A stretch of 64,000 nt of DNA, from positions 1 through 64,000 of IMG/VR virus record IMGVR_UViG_3300004807_000021, one strand, 5' to 3'. The stretch comes from a virus. Below, piece by piece: positions 39,917 through 47,101 of this stretch; positions within the stretch are counted from its first letter, which is position 1; each line of letters starts with the position of its first letter. A program made the position numbers and the translations under genes. The notes under the pieces are model-generated. The model did not search any database, was not told the origin of the DNA, and worked only from the letters and a program-made list of their open reading frames with translations.

Positions 39917-40741
39917 ATGAATAACCCCTTACAAAAGTATTTTAGACAACCCAAAATTTTTATTCGCCTGCCCAGCGGAGGAGTTTTCAATCAGCCTGGT
40001 GCTATTCAGGGCGATCCTGAACACATTCCTGTCTATGGCATGACTGGCATGGACGAAATTATAATTAAAACGCCCGACAGCCTGTTGACAGGAGAAAGTA
40101 CGGCAGCCATTGTGGCCAGTTGCTGTCCCACTATTAAAGATCCATGGGATGTCAGCAACATTGACCTGCCCATTATCATGGCAGCCATACGCATTGCCAC
40201 ATTTGGTCCCGAGCTGGGCGTTAGTCACAAGTGTGACAACTGCGGTACTGTAAACGAATATGACTTGGAACTCAATAAAATCATTGAATACTACATGACC
40301 ACACAGTTTGACAATCAATTGATTGTGGGCGAGCTGGCAGTTAAACTGCGCCCTTTGAACTATAAAGAAAGCACAGACGTCAGTATTAAAAACTTCAAGA
40401 TACAACAACAGATTTCACAAGTGGAAGCCATTGAAGATGCTGACCAACGTCAAACTGTATTGAATAGACTGTTTGTTGAACTGGCACAGGTCAACAATGA
40501 AATATTCAAAATGGTAGTGGAAAGCGTTGAGATTGACAATCAAGTGGTAACTGAACGCAGATTCCTAGAAGAGTGGATTGACAACTGCGAAAAACATGTG
40601 TTTGATCAAATCAGAGATCACAACAAGGGCAATGCAGATCGCTTTAGCATGCCCTTGTTTCCTGTCAAGTGTGACAACTGCGGAACCGAAGTCAAACTGT
40701 CTGTGGATCTAGATCAAAGCAGTTTTTTCGTTCAAGCCTAA
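39917..40741 (+). CDS. gp26: Baseplate hub assembly / tail chaperone protein (T4 gp26-like)
   Basis: I.LPS.G, M.T..DE..I, IRIATFG, two CxxC pairs (CDNCG) and a C-terminal SFF. Confidence 0.75.
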   Translation: MNNPLQKYFRQPKIFIRLPSGGVFNQPGAIQGDPEHIPVYGMTGMDEIIIKTPDSLLTGESTAAIVASCCPTIKDPWDVSNIDLPIIMAAIRIATFGPELGVSHKCDNCGTVNEYDLELNKIIEYYMTTQFDNQLIVGELAVKLRPLNYKESTDVSIKNFKIQQQISQVEAIEDADQRQTVLNRLFVELAQVNNEIFKMVVESVEIDNQVVTERRFLEEWIDNCEKHVFDQIRDHNKGNADRFSMPLFPVKCDNCGTEVKLSVDLDQSSFFVQA

Positions 40742-40962
40742 TTAGTCTCTCACCCCAAGAGATTGAACAGAAATTAATTAGGCTAGACAATCAAGTTAAA
40801 GAATTCAAACAAGACTTATTTAGAATCAGTTGGTATATGCGAGGGGGTGTAACTGTTAATGATCTACTACAGACCTACAGTTACGAAGATCGTGAAATGA
40901 TATACAACATTATCAACGACAATATCAAAGCCACTCAAGACACGCGAATGCCATTACTGTAA
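40723..40962 (+). CDS. Start-less -1 frame ORF (gp51-like), probably expressed by a programmed -1 frameshift from the gp26-like gene
   Basis: The -1 frame is open 40675-40962 and reads RSSLISLSPQEIEQKLIRLDNQVKEFKQDLFRISWYMRGGVTVNDLLQTYSYEDREMIYNIINDNIKATQDTRMPLL*. Slippery T_TTT_TTC at 40723-40729. First ATG (40837) has no SD. Absent from the ORF track. Confidence 0.65.
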   Translation, partial: FFRSSLISLSPQEIEQKLIRLDNQVKEFKQDLFRISWYMRGGVTVNDLLQTYSYEDREMIYNIINDNIKATQDTRMPLL

Positions 40963-41395
40963 AGAAGAACTGCGTTCTTCTGTTCTTCGCTTTCGCTCGA
41001 ACTATTCTAGCTTCACAATTAAACGCGAAGCGTTAAGATATTATCTAGATCGTTCAGTCACACTTTGCCCTAGCGGGCAAAGCGAATGGACATTATCTGA
41101 GTCGAACAATATCACTTAGCGTTAGCACTAGAACGTAGGCGGTCATCCGGTACCTACTCATGCTGTCTTTATATGACGGCGGGCTTGTTGCATACGCTAA
41201 CACACAACAAACCGTGGGGCTACAACCCCTCTTTTAGCCTTTTGAAATCTTTCTAAACAGCAAAACCAGTTGTATGAAGGCATATCTGATCCACGTCCTG
41301 TCAAGGATAGTTGCTGAGTACTCCTACGGCTGGAGAATTCCGTCCCTCTTATTATCGAGTTGTCATGGGCGCATGATGTTGGCCTGCGCTAGCTT
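40963..41395 (-). ncRNA. Candidate large structured non-coding RNA (~430 nt) of unrecognised class
   Basis: The only long ORF-free gap in the window. At least ten stems; several use G-U pairs only on the minus strand. Loop TTAGCG can pair with a downstream CGCTAA. Ends in a hairpin plus TTT. Confidence 0.6.
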
Positions 41396-41833
41396 TTAAC
41401 CGTTTAACTGTTTGCCTTTGATGTGGGAGCCGTGGACACGAACAGATATCTGACCATTGTAATAGTCGTCAGATTCCAATACCCTGCGTGTAAATTGTTC
41501 TCGTGCCTCTATGTATGACGTTTCGGCTTTACTGGTACAGTAAAATAATATTTCTCGCCGAAAGTTTTCTTGACCTAACTGCGCGACATCCTTGAGTAGT
41601 TCGTCTGAAGATCCATAATAGTCTCTCCAGTCTGAATCAATTTTGCCACGGATTTTCTTTTTTTTCTTAGTGCCGTTCTTTAATTTAACTACTTTGTATG
41701 TGGTTTTAGAAAATTTAGCTAGTTTTTTGCCTATGTACATACGCCCTGTGACTGTATTTGTTATAAGATATACAAACCCAACACAGGTTTCGGGCAATTC
41801 TGTTATTAATTGATTTTCATAGTACCAGGACAT
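41396..41833 (-). CDS. Minimal GIY-YIG endonuclease (Seg-like catalytic domain only)
   Basis: GFVYLITN..TGRMYIGKK, YYGSS, ENF.REIL, conserved Glu (YIEAREQ) and YYN. Only 145 aa. Confidence 0.85.
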   Translation of the reverse strand: MSWYYENQLITELPETCVGFVYLITNTVTGRMYIGKKLAKFSKTTYKVVKLKNGTKKKKKIRGKIDSDWRDYYGSSDELLKDVAQLGQENFRREILFYCTSKAETSYIEAREQFTRRVLESDDYYNGQISVRVHGSHIKGKQLNG

Positions 41834-41845
41834 TAACTATGTAGT

Positions 41846-42115
41846 TTATTCTGTCCCAGAGTCCTTGTCATTTTGGTTTGCCTTGCGTTCAGCCTTAGAT
41901 TGATCTAGATACACACGATACTGCTGTACGTGTTCTCTACGTTGTCGTGCTATAATACGGATCTGCGCTAGCCAGTAGCGCATGTTTTCGCCTGCTCGTC
42001 TTGTGCCTTTGCGTTGCCAATCCTGATTGGCCTTAAAGTATTCTCTAAAGGCCGCCATGAGTTGCTCATGCGACTCTTCATTTTGATAGGGACTGGGCTC
42101 AACGTGCTTACTCAT
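41846..42115 (-). CDS. Small basic helical protein, possibly DNA-binding (Hc1-like family)
   Basis: 89 aa. KGTRRAGENMRYWL..I....R resembles the KGxxAAGxRxR helical-hairpin pattern. Confidence 0.5.
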   Translation of the reverse strand: MSKHVEPSPYQNEESHEQLMAAFREYFKANQDWQRKGTRRAGENMRYWLAQIRIIARQRREHVQQYRVYLDQSKAERKANQNDKDSGTE

Positions 42116-43889
42116 TTACTTCTAGATCATTGGCATACGAAGTATAGCCATTCTCTTTGATAACTTTGAGCACGTTGTTGACACGGCCAATCAGTTCATC
42201 ACGGTGCGATATCAAGAAAATATTCTTTTTACGTTCACGCGACATCTTTTTAAGCACTGCCAGTGCGCCTTCAACACCCGACGCATCGAGTCCGTTGTCA
42301 ATAAGCTCGTCCACAAACAGCAAGTTAATGGGCTGATATAGACTTTCCCACACATCTCTAAAGGCCCATGACAGGGACAGTATCAAGCGATTACGCTCGC
42401 CACGGCTCAAGTTATCAAAGTCTAGGTCCTGACCCAGCTGAGTAATCAGCACACTTAGGTCGTTTTGGAACATGACAGTATGTGGCAAGCCCATCTTATC
42501 AAGATAATAAGTCAATCGATTGTTTAGATAGGCCAAGTTTTGATCAATAATCTTCTTACGAATAAAGCTATCCTTGCTGGTTAGTAGTTTAAGCAAGAAC
42601 TCTTGATGATCTTTCAGCTGTGTAAGCGTGTTGACTGTGTCCCAAGTGACTTCTTGTATGGCAGTATTGGTCAATTCATCAATCTGTTCCTGGTAAGGAT
42701 CGGACTCGCCCGCCTTGATCTGTAGCTGTGTTTCAAGAGTTTTAAGATTGTTTTGATGTTTAAGCGCCTGTTCAACGCTGTCATAGTAGGTAGTGGGCTT
42801 GCGAGGAACGTCTCCAATGGCGGCAATTTCTTTTTGTATTTTGTTGAAATCTTTTGTGACCTTGTCCAAATATTTTCGGGCCTCATCAAGGTGCTGTTGT
42901 GCCGTAGCAGTCATTTCTTCATGTTTATGGTCATGGAGAGTTTGTTCACAAGCGTGACAGGTCTTGTTAGCCAACTTGGCGAGCTCGCCGTCATACTTTG
43001 TGACGCTTCGCTCCGCTTGCGCTATCGCGCTATTTAACGTAGCTTGTTCCTTTTCTAGGCTTTTTAGCTTTGCTGATTTCTCAGCAAACTCCTTGAGCTC
43101 CGTATGCTTCGCAAGCTCAGCTTCAATATCTACGCCCTCAAGTTCTACAATAGCCCTGCCAATCTTTTCAACTTCGGTGGCATGTTGATTGCGCCAAGCA
43201 CTTTGCCTAGTTAGAATGCCATCAATACTCTTTTGAATGTTTTCATTGCTACGTTTGATAGCTTCTATGTTGGCTGATTCTTGTGTAATATTGTCTTTAG
43301 TTTGTCTAATTTGTTCTTTAAGAGCTTCAGCTTTCTCACTTAACAGAGTAATACCTAGAAGTTGTTCAATGATCACTCGCTGATCATTGGCCCGCATACT
43401 TAAAAACGGTTCTGTATATGTGTTTAATGCAACAATGTGCTTGAACATGTCGTGACTCATGCCCAGAAGATCGTCTAAATCCTTCTGAGTTTCACGCATG
43501 TCGCCCTGACTGTCATCTGTTTCTTCAACATCTTGTGCTTGATCGTTGACAAAAAATTGCATGACAGTGGGTTTGCGTCCACGTTCAATACGATAATCTA
43601 TTCCGTCTTTTTCAAAAGACAGAGTAACCAACATGTTTTTGTTGTTAATCTTGTTGATTAAGTTGTCTTTCTTGATATTAGTAAGTGCATTACCAAATAA
43701 AGCAAAACTCAATGCGTTGACAATAGTAGTCTTACCCGTACCATTACGGCTTCCGCTGTCGTCGCCGCCTTGATCTAAGTTTTCGCCTAGTACAAGTGTT
43801 AAATTTTCTTGTGCAAAGTTTACAGCCTGGGTTTGATTACCCACACTCATAAAGTTTTTAACTGTTAATTCTTTTAATTTTATTGTCAT
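42108..43889 (-). CDS. gp46: Recombination endonuclease ATPase subunit (Rad50/SbcC-like)
   Basis: Walker A NGTGKT, coiled coil with zinc hook CHAC, signature LSRGE, Walker B LFVDE and H-loop ISH. Confidence 0.95.
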   Translation of the reverse strand: MTIKLKELTVKNFMSVGNQTQAVNFAQENLTLVLGENLDQGGDDSGSRNGTGKTTIVNALSFALFGNALTNIKKDNLINKINNKNMLVTLSFEKDGIDYRIERGRKPTVMQFFVNDQAQDVEETDDSQGDMRETQKDLDDLLGMSHDMFKHIVALNTYTEPFLSMRANDQRVIIEQLLGITLLSEKAEALKEQIRQTKDNITQESANIEAIKRSNENIQKSIDGILTRQSAWRNQHATEVEKIGRAIVELEGVDIEAELAKHTELKEFAEKSAKLKSLEKEQATLNSAIAQAERSVTKYDGELAKLANKTCHACEQTLHDHKHEEMTATAQQHLDEARKYLDKVTKDFNKIQKEIAAIGDVPRKPTTYYDSVEQALKHQNNLKTLETQLQIKAGESDPYQEQIDELTNTAIQEVTWDTVNTLTQLKDHQEFLLKLLTSKDSFIRKKIIDQNLAYLNNRLTYYLDKMGLPHTVMFQNDLSVLITQLGQDLDFDNLSRGERNRLILSLSWAFRDVWESLYQPINLLFVDELIDNGLDASGVEGALAVLKKMSRERKKNIFLISHRDELIGRVNNVLKVIKENGYTSYANDLEVNE

Positions 43890-44899
43890 AGGCTGTTATA
43901 AATTGCTAGTAATGTATTTTTGTCGTAAGTATCACTGTCAATATTGACAATTTGACTAGATACAATTTGATCTACACTTTCAAATGCTTGTACATCTATG
44001 TTGGTATTGATTTCAACATCTTTCTTTTCAGCAATAAGTGTAAGTTCTCTAATGTCATAGTCTGCTACAAACTTTTCTTTGATAAAACTAGCTTCTTCAT
44101 ATGTGATATCTATGTCTAGTGTAACACGTAAATGTTGCTTGGGCAATATTATTTTGTCCGCTTCATCAATTAGTTGACTTAATTTAATAGTTCTAAAGGT
44201 AGGTTGTCCTGGCCAACTATGATATTCTGGAGTTCCTCCCCATTCTAAAGTCATCATTCCACGCTCGTCGTCCCATGCATCTGCATAATTGTGCGGAAAT
44301 GCATTGCCAATATAGATCATATTGCCTTTTTGTTGACGTTTATGAAAGTGTCCGCTAAATCCTAGCTCATATTGTTTGAAACTATCTAACTGAATCTCTC
44401 CGTGATCCGGCATTTGCACCATTGCATTCATGAAGAAGCTGGGGAGTTCGAAGTGTCCGAAGATGTATTTTCCGCCTTTTTTGCTAATGGATCTCCACTC
44501 TTCGCCAACCAACCACGGACAAAGGGTGACATCTCCAATAGTAGTAGGCTCGTGTACGACAGTGACACCAGGAATATACTTTCCAAATTCCACACTGTGT
44601 ATGTCCCGCTTATCCTTGTAATATAAATCATGATTACCAGGAAAGAAATAGAAGTTATCAAACGCCTGCCCCAGCTTTTCCAGGGCCCTAAGGCTATAAT
44701 CCATTGTAGTAATGTTAAGGCTATTACGATTATGATGCCAATCGCCCATAAAGATACCTGTATCACAACCTTCCTCCTTTGCTTTTGCAATGTACCAATC
44801 TACAAAGTCTTCACAGTCTTGGTTGTGTACACTACTGTTAGACTTTAATCCGAAATGAATGTCCGTAAAACAAGCTACTTTCTTAAACAACTGTGTCAT
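43886..44899 (-). CDS. gp47: Recombination endonuclease nuclease subunit (Mre11/SbcD-like)
   Basis: Metallophosphoesterase motifs TDIHFG, GDWHH, GNHD, GHFE and SGHFH. Confidence 0.95.
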   Translation of the reverse strand: MTQLFKKVACFTDIHFGLKSNSSVHNQDCEDFVDWYIAKAKEEGCDTGIFMGDWHHNRNSLNITTMDYSLRALEKLGQAFDNFYFFPGNHDLYYKDKRDIHSVEFGKYIPGVTVVHEPTTIGDVTLCPWLVGEEWRSISKKGGKYIFGHFELPSFFMNAMVQMPDHGEIQLDSFKQYELGFSGHFHKRQQKGNMIYIGNAFPHNYADAWDDERGMMTLEWGGTPEYHSWPGQPTFRTIKLSQLIDEADKIILPKQHLRVTLDIDITYEEASFIKEKFVADYDIRELTLIAEKKDVEINTNIDVQAFESVDQIVSSQIVNIDSDTYDKNTLLAIYNSL

Positions 44900-45729
44900 T
44901 CTGTGTCCTCTGAATAACGTTTCAATGCCGCCGCATGTTCTCCAGCACCAGTTCTACTGTAGCTAGGATTCATACCATTAATTTCTAAGATATCGTCACG
45001 TATGTTTTGATTACGTTTTTCTGTGTTGATAACACGGACAAAACTATTAGTTACTGCCGCAGTAAAATAAGCAAAGGGGTTATCGCTTTTACTTTCATCA
45101 AATTGCAATCCGATCTGTGTTAATTGCAATATAGCCATACCTTTCATCTCATCGTTATAAGTATAACCTCGCACATTACCGCGAGTAGCATAGCGTTCGC
45201 ATAGTTTAATCATCATACGTGCCAGGGTATTAGTGATTTGTCCAGCATCTTTATCAAACTTGCCCTTTTCTAAATCACCTTTCCAATGGCTTTTGCCTAC
45301 ACATATGAGTTTTTCTGGATCTTTATCATCAAACTTCCAATGTTGAAATGGTGGAAAGTTAACTTTGTCTCTATGATCAGCAAGACTTTTAGGATTTTTC
45401 TTACGTGTTCCATTTAATGGAATATGATCAAATGTCATAACACGGAATACAACACTGGTCTTTGCTATCTTTTTATAGTCAATTTCACAATCAGCTAATT
45501 TAATCTTTTCGCCAGCTTTCTTTCTTTGTTCAAAATCTTGTTGTCCCAGTCGTTTAGCCTGTACACGTTTGGCTTCTGCAATAGTTCTAACATTAATTTT
45601 GTCTAAACTGGGTACAATCAAATCATATTGATGATATTCTGGTTTGGTGAAACTACAATATGATGTTTTTGATCTATGTATTTCTAACAACATATCCTTG
45701 TTGTTTAAGTAATTTACTTTTGCTGTCAT
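44896..45729 (-). CDS. gp55: Late-transcription sigma factor (T4 gp55 family)
   Basis: YLNNKD, GYTYNDEM, FD..KS.NPFAYFT and F.R.I..EK motifs; T4-like gene order gp55-gp47-gp46. Confidence 0.9.
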   Translation of the reverse strand: MTAKVNYLNNKDMLLEIHRSKTSYCSFTKPEYHQYDLIVPSLDKINVRTIAEAKRVQAKRLGQQDFEQRKKAGEKIKLADCEIDYKKIAKTSVVFRVMTFDHIPLNGTRKKNPKSLADHRDKVNFPPFQHWKFDDKDPEKLICVGKSHWKGDLEKGKFDKDAGQITNTLARMMIKLCERYATRGNVRGYTYNDEMKGMAILQLTQIGLQFDESKSDNPFAYFTAAVTNSFVRVINTEKRNQNIRDDILEINGMNPSYSRTGAGEHAAALKRYSEDTE

Positions 45730-45752
45730 CCGGTAGAGTCCTCTAATAAGTT

Positions 45753-45781
45753 ATTATAAACTACGCACATAATAAAGTCAA
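45753..45781 (-). promoter_or_regulatory. Sigma70-type promoter for the gp55-gp47-gp46 operon
   Basis: The minus strand reads TTGACT (45781-45776), 17 nt, TATAAT (45758-45753), with an AGGA SD downstream. Confidence 0.8.
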
Positions 45782-45788
45782 ATAAATA
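45762..45788 (+). promoter_or_regulatory. Late promoter ATAAATA with upstream TACGCACATAAT element
   Basis: ATAAATA at 45782-45788 upstream of an AAGGAG SD and the 45813 start. Confidence 0.65.
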
Positions 45789-45812
45789 ATACATCAAAAG
45801 GAGTATTTTATT

Positions 45813-46799
45813 ATGGCATTGGGTGATAGTCTTTCTCAATCGATTTCTAGCGCATCTGGTTTAATTGGAGCCGCGTCATCGGGCCTAAATACGCTTAGTG
45901 ATTTATCGGGTTCTTTTAATCTAGCAGATAGCCTGTTAAACGGCACTGGACTAGCCGCGGGCGCAGAAGCAATTGGAGATATTGCAGGTGCTGTTTCAAG
46001 TTTTGGGGGCGATGCGGCCGCCAATGACTGGCGTGTAAGATTAAGTTTGGCCAACTGGACTAGCTTCAAAGGTAGCCCTGTGTTAAAACCATTAAAAGAC
46101 GCTGGTGGACTCATTTTCCCTTATACTCCAGAAATAACAATACAAAGTAGTGCTTCATATAGCAAAATTGATACGGTACACAACAACTATACCTTTCAAT
46201 CATTCAAAAGTAGCGACCCTGGATCGATAACAATTACTGCACCATTCAACGTTGAAGATGCTACACAAGGATTATACTGGATTGCCGCGGTTCATTATTT
46301 ACGTAGCCTTACCAAAATGTTTGTTGGAAATGATCCAAAGGCTGGAAATCCTCCTCCTGTGGTATTCTTAAACGGGTATGGTAACTATGTTTTTAAGAAT
46401 GTTCCAGTAGTAGTAACACAAATGTCAGTGTCATTAAATTCACAATGCGATTACATTGGCGTTAATGTAGTAGGAAGTGCCGCAGGAGAAATACAAGGTA
46501 TTGCAGGAGGCATAGGCGGCCTTGCAGATACCATAGGCGGATTTGGAGATCCAGGAGGACTACTGTCCAGTGTAGCTGGTGGTATAAGTAGTGTAGCTGG
46601 AGCAGTTGGTAATATTGCTGGAGTTGCAGGATCGCTAGGCCTAGGAGGGCAAACTAGTGGTGGTGTAACACACGTACCAACTAAAAGTAGCTTTACTGTA
46701 ACACTAGCACCTATCTATAGTAGAAATAGTGCTAAGAATTTTAGTCTTGATAGATTTGTTCAAGGCGGTTATCTAAACAGCCCATTCGGATACATTTAA
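45813..46799 (+). CDS. Baseplate / tail-tube initiator-like protein (gp48/gp54-like)
   Basis: LIFPYTP.I, G.PPP...L.GYG...F.NVPVVV and VP......V.L.P motifs; first gene of the baseplate cluster; Gly-rich inserts. Confidence 0.55.
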   Translation: MALGDSLSQSISSASGLIGAASSGLNTLSDLSGSFNLADSLLNGTGLAAGAEAIGDIAGAVSSFGGDAAANDWRVRLSLANWTSFKGSPVLKPLKDAGGLIFPYTPEITIQSSASYSKIDTVHNNYTFQSFKSSDPGSITITAPFNVEDATQGLYWIAAVHYLRSLTKMFVGNDPKAGNPPPVVFLNGYGNYVFKNVPVVVTQMSVSLNSQCDYIGVNVVGSAAGEIQGIAGGIGGLADTIGGFGDPGGLLSSVAGGISSVAGAVGNIAGVAGSLGLGGQTSGGVTHVPTKSSFTVTLAPIYSRNSAKNFSLDRFVQGGYLNSPFGYI

Positions 46800-46800
46800 C

Positions 46801-47100
46801 ATGGCCAACTATTCAAACACAAGTCCTTGGTATACTACAGAAGTCACAAATAATTATTTGGACGTACTGGCTATTCGACCTGTCAGTGCATCTGCAGACG
46901 ATATTTTATATACAATAGATGCAAAATTTGCCTATCGCCCAGATTTATTAGCATTTGCTTTGTACGGAAATTCTAGCCTATGGTGGGTCTTTATGCAACG
47001 TAATATGGACGTACTTCAAGATCCTGTTTTAGATTTTGCTCCAGGCACACAAATTTATCTTTGCAAACTAAGTGAATTAACATCTGCGTTAGGACTATAA
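46801..47100 (+). CDS. gp53: Baseplate wedge protein (gp53/LysM-like)
   Basis: Y.I......RPDLLA..LYG...LWWVF...N....DP..DF..G..I. Confidence 0.8.
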   Translation: MANYSNTSPWYTTEVTNNYLDVLAIRPVSASADDILYTIDAKFAYRPDLLAFALYGNSSLWWVFMQRNMDVLQDPVLDFAPGTQIYLCKLSELTSALGL

Positions 47101-47101
47101 C

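Noticed and set aside
39929-40408. 159-aa minus-strand ORF
   Set aside because: Fully antisense to the gp26-like gene, with no recognisable motif.
40963-41395. Group I or II intron, tmRNA, RNase P RNA or tRNA identity for the non-coding element
   Set aside because: Flanking genes converge and are intact, so there are no exons to join. No convincing P7 pair, domain V, tRNA-like ends or GAGGAAAGUCC motif was found; GACTGAACG alone is insufficient.
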